Made by a program: the position numbers and the translations under genes
IMG/VR virus record: IMGVR_UViG_3300017828_000001
Span: 1 to 57,903 of that record
Length of the DNA stretch: 57,903 nt
Reading direction: 5' to 3' (one strand)
Source: a virus
Taxonomy: Duplodnaviria; Caudoviricetes
Shown here: positions 47,361 through 56,934 of the stretch, one piece after another
How the letters are laid out: each line of letters starts with the position of its first letter
Position numbering within the stretch: the stretch's first letter is position 1
Notes under the pieces: model-generated
Told to the model about the DNA's origin: nothing
Databases searched by the model: none
The model's input: the letters and a program-made list of their open reading frames with translations, nothing else

Positions 47361-47468
47361 CTACAGCAACGTTTGAATCAGAAAAATAACATATCCGAGC
47401 GCATAGACACCAAACAGCAGTGCGACAATGTACCAAATCAGCGGCGTCTCTTGTAGTTCTCTAATCAT
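47361..47468 (-). CDS. Micro membrane protein (35 aa)
   Basis: MIRELQETPLIWYIVALLFGVYALGYVIFLIQTLL; ATGA coupling. Confidence 0.55.
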   Translation of the reverse strand: MIRELQETPLIWYIVALLFGVYALGYVIFLIQTLL

Positions 47469-48115
47469 ATGTACTGTTTCACCATTGTTTCTTCTTTTGA
47501 TGGAAACGGATTGTTCCGCAAGTAACACGTCTTGTCGTCGTTTACAATGGCGTCAACAATGGTTTCTGATCGAGCTTGGAGCATGTTTTCATCTCCGTTG
47601 TTCTGTAAGATAAAGTCATAATAGGACTCATTACACAACAGTTCTACACTGTTACGTTCGTTTACTTCAAACTGTTGTCGCTCCTTAAACAACGGCCATT
47701 GTTTGTCTTCAGCATGTGGTTTCTTGCCATACATTCGTTCGTATCGAACGTCTGGTAGTGTCCACATACTGATGTTTTCCGCGCCGTTGAAATACCAATT
47801 CAAGTTCTGTACTTGTTTTGGTGAGTTTAGTCCACACACGACGAGGTTGGCGTGTTCAATGTCCCACGTTTCTGCAATTCGTGAGGCAAACACGCCGTCG
47901 TCGTATTTTGAACGGACTATCTGTGCCCACTCTCGATACGTTTCCCAATTGGCGATGTCGGTTTTATTGACAATCTCGTAGCGGGACTTGATGTAGTCAC
48001 GAATGTCAACGACGTTAGTCGTCTCGCCGTACTCCGATTCGTAATAGTCAGCGATGTGTTCGGCGGCTGTTGATGTTCCAGTGCCGTAACACCCGCTTAC
48101 TGTAATTACTGTCAT
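47465..48115 (-). CDS. Nucleotide-kinase-fold protein with degenerate P-loop
   Basis: ITVSGCYGTGTSTAA, VRYERM lid, YDFILQNNG. Confidence 0.7.
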   Translation of the reverse strand: MTVITVSGCYGTGTSTAAEHIADYYESEYGETTNVVDIRDYIKSRYEIVNKTDIANWETYREWAQIVRSKYDDGVFASRIAETWDIEHANLVVCGLNSPKQVQNLNWYFNGAENISMWTLPDVRYERMYGKKPHAEDKQWPLFKERQQFEVNERNSVELLCNESYYDFILQNNGDENMLQARSETIVDAIVNDDKTCYLRNNPFPSKEETMVKQYI

Positions 48116-48155
48116 TGCAGTCTAACAAAGTAGACTGCTACGTAAAAAGTTTGCG

Positions 48156-48620
48156 TTAGTAATCCTCTGAAACGCCACTAAGTTCGTAAGTGAGGTAGAA
48201 CGGCTGTCCATCGTATTCTATCTCAACCATATGAGACGATTCATCAACGTGTTCGCGGTCAAGAAAGTCAACAATAGCCCCCTCTGTAAGCCGCTCACAG
48301 GCCGCCTCTTCAATTTCTTCAACGAACGAGGGGCATTGGTCGTATAGCTCAATAACTTCGCTGAACGACTCTGTAATCGTCGCTGTGAACTCAGTGTCTT
48401 CAGTACGGTGGGCGGCCTCGATGGTGGTGAGATCGAAGCGGTAGGTGCGTGACGCCTCACACTCAGCACCATAGCCGTAGAACGTCTCGTCGTGTTTTTC
48501 TGAATGTTGTGCCGACGTTACTTCAGCGTAGTCACACTCGGCAATGATGTGAACCGCGCCATCTTCGTAGAGCCAGCCATCATCATCGTCTCTGGCAATG
48601 AACTCGTGTTTGTGCGTCAT
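48156..48620 (-). CDS. Hypothetical acidic protein
   Basis: Own BRE/TATA promoter. Confidence 0.7.
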   Translation of the reverse strand: MTHKHEFIARDDDDGWLYEDGAVHIIAECDYAEVTSAQHSEKHDETFYGYGAECEASRTYRFDLTTIEAAHRTEDTEFTATITESFSEVIELYDQCPSFVEEIEEAACERLTEGAIVDFLDREHVDESSHMVEIEYDGQPFYLTYELSGVSEDY

Positions 48621-48663
48621 TACAAATGGGTCAACGCACCACCGCTATAAAAAAGTAACGAAG

Positions 48664-49044
48664 TTAATCGAGAGTGTACTTCCGCTCAACGTCGTAGTCG
48701 AGTGTCTCAAACACCGACAGAATTGCGTTCTTCGTGTCAGCATCAATCTCGTCGTTGAGCATGTCAAGCAAGTGGTTGCGAGCAAACTCTGGTAGCTCTT
48801 CAGTGTCTTCACTATCGTCAATTTGTTCAATCCAGATGCGAGTGTCGCCACCAGTGTAGTTGGGGTCAGTTTTGTAGAGATCGCCAACACCAGTAACGTT
48901 GTATCCCATATCACGTAAGTTTCTAAACGTTCCAGCGGTGACTTTTCCAGCTACGTCAAAGTACCCATACCCCTTGTTCACTGTGTATACTGATACGTCC
49001 ACTGCGTCACGAATTGCGTTTTCGTCGTGGTTGATGTCTCCCAT
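48664..49044 (-). CDS. Hypothetical protein
   Basis: Own promoter; actgcaATG start context. Confidence 0.7.
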   Translation of the reverse strand: MGDINHDENAIRDAVDVSVYTVNKGYGYFDVAGKVTAGTFRNLRDMGYNVTGVGDLYKTDPNYTGGDTRIWIEQIDDSEDTEELPEFARNHLLDMLNDEIDADTKNAILSVFETLDYDVERKYTLD

Positions 49045-49143
49045 TGCAGTTCCAACAAAAGTGTCCGTAGTAAAAAGTCTAACGGTATTCGTGACAGTAA
49101 TAACGTTATGTCAAAAAAAAAGAAACCTATCTAACCGCCTACG

Positions 49144-50481
49144 TTAGAGATCGGACGTAGAGAGGTGTTCAACCCGCTCAAACACCGCTTCAGTAATCGC
49201 ATCAACGTCGGGCGTTACCTCAAAGTTACCAGAGTTGGCACCGATAAGCCCTTCAAGATCAACGTCATTGCCAGCAGCGTTGAAGATGTCCTCACGGGGG
49301 TCGGCACCAGTGCCAGCAATCTGTTCGGCAACCATCTCAGCGAACTGCACCTCACCATCAGTCGGGTGATCAACACCACCGCTGTCATCATCAGAGACAT
49401 CAACGTTGAACGACCCACCACCGTCTTCGCCACTGTCGTCAGTGACGTTTTGGGCGTTGTCGGGAGTGTCTTGCCAGCCCTCACCCGTGTAGAGTGTGTA
49501 AATCTCGTCGGGGTTGTCAAACTCTTCAGCGAGCCGCTCTTCTGGAGCGTTGTCGTACCGCATGTCAAGTTCGTCGGCCTCTTCGTCGTCGTTGAGGTAG
49601 CCACTGTAGTCATCGAGGGCACGAATGGCGTGGATTTCGTACATGTCACCACCGTTGAGTCGTCCAAGGTCAATGGCAACTCGGTCATCAATATCGTCTC
49701 GGAGTAGCGGGGGACGCGCCACACGCGGCGGGCGACCGAGGTCAGTAGCGAGTTCTTTACGGTTGGTCGAAGGAACGTTGTCGAACTGATCAACGTCGGC
49801 ATCGCCACGCCAGCCGATTGGGGCCTGATACAGCCCCTTCATCAAATAGCCGTCGTCGGTGTAGCGGGCGAACGGCAGTCCGTTGAAGTCCAGTGCCCGC
49901 GAAAGGAACTGGCCTGCCATACCGCCGTACCACACCATAATGGTGTCCGATAGCTCCTCAACCTCTTCGGACTCGAAGACGCCACCACTCACGTCGATGC
50001 CGAGGGTGTTGCCGTTAATCTCTTGGACAGACGCTTCTTGGTCGGTGGGGTCAGCCACCTTGAAGTCCGTCCCATCGACTTTCTCTTCCTCGTAGGAGAG
50101 TTCTCCCCACTCACCATCAACTTCGTCGGTGACGGCACTGCGGGCCTCTTCAACGAGGCTGTCAGTGACCTCACGCCCGCGAATGTAGTTGATGTCAGTG
50201 CCTTCAATGGCGACACGGAGGGTGTCGTTGTACTCAGATGTGGACTCGAAGCCGTCTGGGATGTTGCGGTTTCGCCAAATGGTGCCTTCTGGCACAGTCG
50301 GATTCTCGATGATGACACCGAAGTTAGAACCCGTATTTTCAATATTGTCATCCAAATCCGCCCCAGTGACAATATCTACAACATTACCTTCAATGATAGT
50401 TGATGGATGTTGCGTTGTCTGTGGGTGGTACTGAAAGTCCTCTTCGCCCTCTTCCGTTTCCGCGATAGTTGCCGTACTCAT
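49144..50481 (-). CDS. Large, very acidic protein of unknown function
   Basis: 445 aa; GC-rich codon bias; T-run terminator downstream. Confidence 0.8.
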   Translation of the reverse strand: MSTATIAETEEGEEDFQYHPQTTQHPSTIIEGNVVDIVTGADLDDNIENTGSNFGVIIENPTVPEGTIWRNRNIPDGFESTSEYNDTLRVAIEGTDINYIRGREVTDSLVEEARSAVTDEVDGEWGELSYEEEKVDGTDFKVADPTDQEASVQEINGNTLGIDVSGGVFESEEVEELSDTIMVWYGGMAGQFLSRALDFNGLPFARYTDDGYLMKGLYQAPIGWRGDADVDQFDNVPSTNRKELATDLGRPPRVARPPLLRDDIDDRVAIDLGRLNGGDMYEIHAIRALDDYSGYLNDDEEADELDMRYDNAPEERLAEEFDNPDEIYTLYTGEGWQDTPDNAQNVTDDSGEDGGGSFNVDVSDDDSGGVDHPTDGEVQFAEMVAEQIAGTGADPREDIFNAAGNDVDLEGLIGANSGNFEVTPDVDAITEAVFERVEHLSTSDL

Positions 50482-50610
50482 TGTTCTGACGCCTTAGCCT
50501 ACGGAACGGCCTTTGGCTACCTTTACTTACGAGATACGGGGTAAAAAGGGTTTCGTTTTCGGTTATTTCAATGACCGAAACACCGAATCAACCGAATGGT
50601 TGAGAGGTTT

Positions 50611-50799
50611 CTATTCTATCGGAGTGTGATGTGGTTTCCCATACACCACTAAGAGTGTCAACAACACACCACAAACGCCACCGAACAGTGCGTTATAGAG
50701 TCCGTACCGAACACCGATACCGAACCCACCAACGAACGCCATCAATGACAGCGTTTTGATGGGATGAGTAACTGATTTAGCCAGTATTTCCTTAATCAT
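50611..50799 (-). CDS. Small two-helix membrane protein
   Basis: Two hydrophobic segments; ATGA coupling. Confidence 0.6.
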   Translation of the reverse strand: MIKEILAKSVTHPIKTLSLMAFVGGFGIGVRYGLYNALFGGVCGVLLTLLVVYGKPHHTPIE

Positions 50800-50891
50800 G
50801 TGAATACTAACAACAGTATTACCACTGTGAATATTGTGTAGATGGCTATCGTCGCTGCAATTGCCAACACATATATCAATTCGTCAATCAT
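50796..50891 (-). CDS. Micro membrane protein (31 aa)
   Basis: MIDELIYVLAIAATIAIYTIFTVVILLLVFT; ATGA coupling at both ends. Confidence 0.5.
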   Translation of the reverse strand: MIDELIYVLAIAATIAIYTIFTVVILLLVFT

Positions 50892-51400
50892 ACTGCATCA
50901 GCCAAACTGGTCTGACCGTGGATTAGTTCACTCGATAACTCAAACATGGCAATGTAGTCAGCCGCCTTATGGGCCACCCATAGATCGCCAACGTCGCTTC
51001 CATCGTAATCATCATCCTCGTAGTGTTTAATTTGCGTCCGACGTGCATCACCACTTTGCAGCCACCCTTGTTGGACGACAACAGTATTGTTGAACAACGT
51101 AGCCCGTTTTCCAGCCGACACATCAACGTTGAGTTCCCCCAACGCAAATTTGTTCAGCAAGTTATCATCGTAGCCGAAGTTATCACTTGCATAGCCGTTC
51201 CATGTTGTTGCGATTAGCACCTCTTTGGTGTCGGCATCGAGAGCAGACTCTTCGCCACGGTTGTTGGCACGTTGTTGAGCGAGTTCTACGAGTCGTTGCG
51301 CTTCGTCGTCACTGATGTCGGGAGCAACATCATTGGCATTGCACAACGTTTGTAGGTTGTCAACGGTGTAGGCCGTTTCGTCAGTGTAGTTCGCTTGCAT
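50888..51400 (-). CDS. Hypothetical protein
   Basis: Own promoter at 51425-51439. Confidence 0.7.
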   Translation of the reverse strand: MQANYTDETAYTVDNLQTLCNANDVAPDISDDEAQRLVELAQQRANNRGEESALDADTKEVLIATTWNGYASDNFGYDDNLLNKFALGELNVDVSAGKRATLFNNTVVVQQGWLQSGDARRTQIKHYEDDDYDGSDVGDLWVAHKAADYIAMFELSSELIHGQTSLADAV

Positions 51401-51439
51401 ACACTGCTATCAACGGTATGGGGGTAAAAAAAGGTTACG

Positions 51440-51847
51440 TTATTCTGAAACCATAGCTTCGTCTGCGCCAGATACATCAATCCAGAGATCACCAACACAG
51501 TCCTCAACTTCTTGACACACCGAACGTGAATACTGGTTAACACTTACCCTCTCTTTGTATTCGAGTAAAGCATCCATCAACGTCTCAACAGCAACGTCCG
51601 TATGTGTATAGAGGTTCACACTGCGGCGACCCTCGTCTCGAATCTTCTTGTTGATGAACTCCACGTAGGCCATTGCGATGTCGGCTTGTACGTCTTTGTC
51701 GTGGTCGCCGTAGTTTGCGTACTCGCGTAGGGCTTCAGCCATCCACAACGCTTGGAAATCCGACAACGTTGTGTAATCGGCTTCGTCACGTTCGTCTGGC
51801 GTTTGGGGCTGAACCACATGGTTTAGGACAGTGTTGTAAGTCTCCAT
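51440..51847 (-). CDS. Hypothetical protein
   Basis: Own promoter. Confidence 0.7.
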   Translation of the reverse strand: METYNTVLNHVVQPQTPDERDEADYTTLSDFQALWMAEALREYANYGDHDKDVQADIAMAYVEFINKKIRDEGRRSVNLYTHTDVAVETLMDALLEYKERVSVNQYSRSVCQEVEDCVGDLWIDVSGADEAMVSE

Positions 51848-51933
51848 TACAACAGTGTCTACCAGTTACGACAATAAAAAAGTTGCGGTTATTCGTTGTG
51901 GTTATACTCAACCTTTGAGTTTCTGTTAAAAAC

Positions 51934-52152
51934 TCATTCGGGAGAGTCTTCTCTTCGAGAATACTCAACGGAAAGCGAGTGCAAATTATTCACCGACTCA
52001 AACGGGTCAATGGAAACCAGTTCACGGGGGTCAGTCACCCCGCCCCACACAACATCACCAGATTCGTGTTTCTTACCGCATTTACACTTTCCTTCTTCAG
52101 TCGTGACAATTTGATGTTCATACTCGTCAATGGGTTGGTATTCAACTTCCAT
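51934..52152 (-). CDS. Hypothetical protein (CKCG..H)
   Basis: Own promoter. Confidence 0.6.
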   Translation of the reverse strand: MEVEYQPIDEYEHQIVTTEEGKCKCGKKHESGDVVWGGVTDPRELVSIDPFESVNNLHSLSVEYSRREDSPE

Positions 52153-52273
52153 ACCGTTATTAGTAGTTTCTAAGTAAAAAGAGTTATGGAACAGCTATAC
52201 AACGAGAGTAAAGCCCCACCACCGCACAACCCTATGTTGTTATAGTATATACTAACGTAAAAAGGTTCGGTTC

Positions 52274-52807
52274 CTACGTGTCACTAACCTCAACGGTGAA
52301 CCCACTGTCACTCTCTTCGTCGGCCAGTGTGACACCAACTTGGCCGCCCTGTTCGGAATTAGATTCCGAACCTGACCGTGAGTTCTTGAACTCACCGCCG
52401 CCACCGTCATCAGAACCGCCACCAATCGGTTCAGATTGGCCGCTGTTGGATTCTTCTCCATCGTGAGGGGCAAACCACTCGGCTTCTTCTAAGGCCGCTG
52501 TGCCGCCGCTCAGCGCGTTCTGATGGAGACGGAACTCGTAGCCAGATACAGCCAATTGAACAAGCCAGTGTTGATCAGAAACGTCTAACGAGGTGCCATC
52601 AAAGTCAGATGGCCGAATGTCATTTAGTGCCATGAACTGAAGTGTTGGATTCTCAACACTCCAACTATTGTTCGGTAATACGTGATGGTAATACTCACCA
52701 TCAGGCGCGTGGAAAAACACGTGAAACACTGACGTATCTGCGGCCATCTGTGGTGATGAATCTCGATAGCGTAGCTTCACCACACGACCCATCGGTACGT
52801 TAAGCAT
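52274..52807 (-). CDS. Hypothetical protein with Gly/Ser-rich acidic tail
   Basis: Overlaps the upstream gene. Confidence 0.65.
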   Translation of the reverse strand: MLNVPMGRVVKLRYRDSSPQMAADTSVFHVFFHAPDGEYYHHVLPNNSWSVENPTLQFMALNDIRPSDFDGTSLDVSDQHWLVQLAVSGYEFRLHQNALSGGTAALEEAEWFAPHDGEESNSGQSEPIGGGSDDGGGGEFKNSRSGSESNSEQGGQVGVTLADEESDSGFTVEVSDT

Positions 52808-53135
52808 GGTTTTGTATGTCTTCAGTTTCTTCTACTGCACCCACAATTCTGTCATTGAAAAACACTTTATTCGTGCCTGTTTTTTCAATAACTTTTTTAA
52901 TACTTTCTGTGTGTGGGAAATTTATAAACTCGTCGTCGGAGTGGTACTTGTCTTGTGTTTCAACATGATGAATACCGTCAGGCTTCATCTCAAACACATC
53001 AATAACAACTTTGTCATAAATTTCTTCATCTGGAATTTGTATTACTATTTCAACATGGACTGTAGTGTTTTCACTCGTTGTTCGTGGTTTTTTTATTTCG
53101 CAACCGTTGATGTTGACGACATTTGTTTTAAGCAT
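52800..53135 (-). CDS. Hypothetical protein
   Basis: Overlapping array; AT-rich. Confidence 0.6.
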   Translation of the reverse strand: MLKTNVVNINGCEIKKPRTTSENTTVHVEIVIQIPDEEIYDKVVIDVFEMKPDGIHHVETQDKYHSDDEFINFPHTESIKKVIEKTGTNKVFFNDRIVGAVEETEDIQNHA

Positions 53136-53400
53136 TAGTTAGTTCACCGCCTTCAAGTTCGTACATACCTTGCCGAACGCCTTTGCAGCGGTTCCAAATG
53201 CGGTCGGACGTGCGGTGAGAACGTTGTCCATCAGTCCAGAACCGAATTGCCGTCCGAATCTCGTATAGTGTGGCCGACGTTTCAACGTTAAGTTTGATTT
53301 CTGTTTCTGCGCCGTACTCGTTACGCAAATCCATTAGACGTGCCTCGTCATACAACACTACATCGCGTGGAACAGACTTGTCTTTTGTTTCAAGTCGCAT
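53128..53400 (-). CDS. Hypothetical protein
   Basis: TTTTTATA element upstream. Confidence 0.6.
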   Translation of the reverse strand: MRLETKDKSVPRDVVLYDEARLMDLRNEYGAETEIKLNVETSATLYEIRTAIRFWTDGQRSHRTSDRIWNRCKGVRQGMYELEGGELTNA

Positions 53401-53541
53401 TACGTCTCACTATTACGTTAGGGTGTATAAAAAACTTTTGGTTAGTAAAAATGCTAAATAAAAAAGTCAGAAATCAGATTAGACCGTTACTCGTTTCGCA
53501 CATCTTGTTGTCAGAAACTCTGACAACTAATAGTTGGGACT

Positions 53542-54045
53542 CTACGACTCCCGAACATCGTCCAAACCGTACATGATACCATCGTCAACTGGTTTCATAA
53601 ATCCAATTTCAATTCCTTCAACATTGTCAAATGAATCAAACCGACCTCGACTCATTCCGTAGTCACGGCAAAGAAGATAATCATACCCATGACCGAAGCC
53701 AGATGCGTGAATGTTTTTCACCTTCTTACCGATTCGACATTTGAAGTCGTACTTGTCAGCATTTTCTTTCACATAGTCTTCAAAGGATTGTTGGGCATCA
53801 ATAGCGTCTTCTGCCTTACTAATCAACGCTTCAGTATCAGTAAGGCGAGATTCAGACTCACCAACAAGAATAACATTACAGTCTACATCAACATACCCAT
53901 CATCAGCAACAATAACGTCACCACTTTGTGCAGAACCTTCACCATTAGGTTCATCGGCAACAGCTTGGGCCGCTTCAAGCAGATCGTTTGCGTTTACTTC
54001 TGTGTCGAGTCCACGAACGTCAACGGTAGGTTCCTCGTCTGACAT
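53542..54045 (-). CDS. Hypothetical protein
   Basis: First leftward gene; CGAAAC-ACTTTTTA promoter. Confidence 0.7.
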   Translation of the reverse strand: MSDEEPTVDVRGLDTEVNANDLLEAAQAVADEPNGEGSAQSGDVIVADDGYVDVDCNVILVGESESRLTDTEALISKAEDAIDAQQSFEDYVKENADKYDFKCRIGKKVKNIHASGFGHGYDYLLCRDYGMSRGRFDSFDNVEGIEIGFMKPVDDGIMYGLDDVRES

Positions 54046-54070
54046 TGCAGTTTGAACAAACAGTTGTATA

Positions 54071-54280
54071 GTAAAAAGTGTTTCGTTTTCGGCTTAAATT
54101 TCTATTAGGGGCTGTTTCGGTTAACAATTTACTTATATAGTCAACCGAAAACTCAGAGTTTCACAGAAACTCATTCGGTGGTCGTGGCGTTCAAGCAACG
54201 CCACGTACTGCAATAGATTCTGCGAATCTCTAAAGTGGTTTCAAAGTGAAACCACAACACCAAAACCTATTTATACCATC
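54071..54280. promoter_or_regulatory. Divergent control region with clustered palindromes
   Basis: Strand switch; cgtggcgtt/aacgccacg, gtggtttca/tgaaaccac and gagtttc/gaaactc dyads. Confidence 0.6.
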
Positions 54281-54297
54281 CTAACAATTGGTTGCAT

Positions 54298-54621
54298 ATG
54301 GAATCACCATACCAGAGTGGTGCGATCCAGAAGATGCGTGAACGGCTCGTCCAATTAGATGGGTTTATGAGTGCCAACAACGTAGGTGCAACCGTCGAGG
54401 ACGTGGGTGATTGTCCGATTGACGTTATTCCACAGGCCGAAGACCTTGCTGATGCCGATATGGACTGTGACAATGGATATGTCAGTGGTCGATACTGTAC
54501 AATGGAGACTAACGGCGGCCAGATGAAACTCTTTGATGCTCCGTGTGATGCACTTGCGGGCGATAGAGTTGTAGTTGCTGATCGTGGCAGCTACGTGGAA
54601 GATGTAAGTGCGTGGCGTTGA
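54298..54621 (+). CDS. Hypothetical protein
   Basis: ATTTATA element upstream; start moved to MESPYQ. Confidence 0.65.
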   Translation: MESPYQSGAIQKMRERLVQLDGFMSANNVGATVEDVGDCPIDVIPQAEDLADADMDCDNGYVSGRYCTMETNGGQMKLFDAPCDALAGDRVVVADRGSYVEDVSAWR

Positions 54622-54663
54622 ATCGTTAGAGTTAAGTACCCGTACAACAACAGACTAACTGCA

Positions 54664-54972
54664 ATGGCAAACTGGATTACCGTTCCGACGAAGTACGCCG
54701 ATAGTATTGAAGTCAAAAATGGTGACTACCTCAAACGGCTGCGCAGTGGTGACCTGCGAGCAACGTTTGACGAGATGAAGATATTTGAGACGGATTCCAC
54801 AACCTCTGACTCTCAAGAGAGTCATTCGATAGTTGATTCGAGCGAATCAACAACTTCTGTTGAGTTCTGGCTTGGTGGTAAGTTGGTGTGTAGCTACTTC
54901 ATCAAGCCCCATCTCGCTCGTGCCTTTGAAGTTGCGTGGTCACACGAAAGCGATTACGTCGTTGATTCGTAG
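54664..54972 (+). CDS. Hypothetical protein
   Basis: GTTAAGTA element and actgcaATG context. Confidence 0.65.
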   Translation: MANWITVPTKYADSIEVKNGDYLKRLRSGDLRATFDEMKIFETDSTTSDSQESHSIVDSSESTTSVEFWLGGKLVCSYFIKPHLARAFEVAWSHESDYVVDS

Positions 54973-55077
54973 AATCAACTATTAAGAGAGTTTCTTTGAA
55001 ACTCTCAAGTTGTGAGTTCATAGAATCCACTATTAATTCGGAAGCCGTAGGTTCCGAAAAAATTGCAGAGTAGGCAT

Positions 55078-55118
55078 AACAACACTTTTTTATACCCACA
55101 GACTAATTGTGTGGTATG
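55078..55118 (+). repeat. 41-bp perfect promoter+start duplication, copy 1
   Basis: aacaacacttttttatacccacagactaattgtgtggtatg. Confidence 0.92.
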
Positions 55119-55637
55119 GTCTTACGAACTGACCGCATTGATAGCGATGAAACAGAAGTGTTATTGGCACAAGTTGCATCACCAACATCACGCACTGATC
55201 CAAAATCAATCTACGTTAAGATTCCACGTATCGACCGCAGTCGTCGCACTGACGGTGGTGCTGAGAACTTCGGTGGCCCAAACCTATCAATGTTTGAAGA
55301 AGACATTGATTCATACGAGCGTGGAGATCATTGCCGACTGACATTTGAACCAATGGAATTTAACGACGACAAACACGAACTTGTCAAAGTTGAGAAAGCG
55401 CACGTTGTCAAACCACAAGACTCAAATGAACCAACATTCCCCCACACTGATATACCAAAAACATGTCCACAATGTGGTAGAGAAGCTGCTGCAATAGTTA
55501 AAACAGAGTACGATACTACAACAACTGGTGGTAAAGTAAGCGACACAGCCGACATGTGTACTGTACATGAAGAAAATAGAGGTTCTTGGTTCGGACTTCT
55601 TGGCGAGTGGTCGTTCGTCCACGGCGTTGAAGAATAA
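55116..55637 (+). CDS. Hypothetical protein with CPQCG motif
   Basis: Start at the ATG ending the repeat. Confidence 0.7.
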   Translation: MVLRTDRIDSDETEVLLAQVASPTSRTDPKSIYVKIPRIDRSRRTDGGAENFGGPNLSMFEEDIDSYERGDHCRLTFEPMEFNDDKHELVKVEKAHVVKPQDSNEPTFPHTDIPKTCPQCGREAAAIVKTEYDTTTTGGKVSDTADMCTVHEENRGSWFGLLGEWSFVHGVEE

Positions 55638-55677
55638 ACAACACTTTTTTATACCCACAGACTAATTGTGTGGTATG
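55637..55677 (+). repeat. 41-bp perfect promoter+start duplication, copy 2
   Basis: Identical to 55078-55118. Confidence 0.92.
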
Positions 55678-56055
55678 CGAGTTAACGCAACTGGCCGCCA
55701 AGAGACGTATGATGGAAAGGTCGTTGTCAAATACGGCCTCGACATGCAAGCAAACGAACTGTACGCAGTTCAATACATGGTTGGTATTGGTGGCGAAGAG
55801 CTTTGGGCGATGGACGCCGATGTGTTTGAGAGAATTAGTGTGAGCGTTGACACAATTCTCATAGCTGATCACGAACAAGGTTTGTTCAAAGCACAAAAGT
55901 CAGACTACACCGAACGAGTTGTCGATGGTCGTCGTCAATACTTCATTTCAGATGTTGAACACGTTGGCGACCCCGCTGATCATCTTCGCCAACCATTGTG
56001 GTTTTCGAGTGGCAACCGCGTTGAAGAGAACTATCACGTCGAGGCGGGTCACTAA
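55675..56055 (+). CDS. Hypothetical protein
   Basis: Start at the ATG ending the repeat. Confidence 0.7.
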   Translation: MRVNATGRQETYDGKVVVKYGLDMQANELYAVQYMVGIGGEELWAMDADVFERISVSVDTILIADHEQGLFKAQKSDYTERVVDGRRQYFISDVEHVGDPADHLRQPLWFSSGNRVEENYHVEAGH

Positions 56056-56382
56056 TCGGTAGAGTTAAGTGGTAGTGTGATAACGGTGTGATATGGTTCA
56101 GTATTACTGCAACCAACACAACTGCACCGTTTCCCAACAAGACTGCCCACACTGCGATGAAAAGCACACTACAACAGTAGACTTGTAACCACGTTTGGTT
56201 ACATACGTTTTTTGGAGTATCGTTACCTTTTTATAGAAACAAACACTATTACTATTATAGGGGCTGTGTGGTAAGGGTGTAGGTTGGTTAGTGGGATTGT
56301 TTTACCTATTGCAGTATAGGCTATTCTCTTTTTCTCTAACTGGAATCAACACTATTAAGTGGCAGCACGATAACAGTGAAGT

Positions 56383-56682
56383 ATGCCGACAGGAACTATA
56401 ATCATACCCACACCACCAGAAGAAAGCAAATACGTTATTGAGGCCGCCAAACAGCACCTCGCTGAACACTTCGGCGGATACAGTTGTTACGAGGGCGAAG
56501 GTGGGTGGATTGACGATAGTGGTGAGTTAATCGAAGAGAATCACGTTCGGTTAGAAGTTACCCACAATCGGAAAATGCGGCTCCGAACAGAGCTGTACGT
56601 CATCGCCCACTACGTCAAAGACTTCTGTGACGAAAATGAGGTTTTCGTGCAGTTCCGTGACGACGAGACGAATTTTGTCTGA
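56383..56682 (+). CDS. DUF3574/PII-like fold protein
   Basis: FGGYS.YEGEGGWIDDSGELIEE pattern. Confidence 0.6.
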   Translation: MPTGTIIIPTPPEESKYVIEAAKQHLAEHFGGYSCYEGEGGWIDDSGELIEENHVRLEVTHNRKMRLRTELYVIAHYVKDFCDENEVFVQFRDDETNFV

Positions 56683-56934
56683 AGCCTCTCACAGCCCGCT
56701 GACGCCGTTTCTATTCTCGTAATGGGTAATCATCGTAGGAATATACTCAACGGCTTGTGACGTATTCTGACGCCGTTGAGAGCAAACGAACGGTGATGTC
56801 GCCCCAACATCACTGAAGGCCAGAAATCAGATTAGGAATGAAACTATAATTATCTGGATTATAATAATCGTAATAATATAACCAACGCGAATACAGTAAC
56901 GTTTTTATACCCGTACCCCATTGTGTGAAGTACA

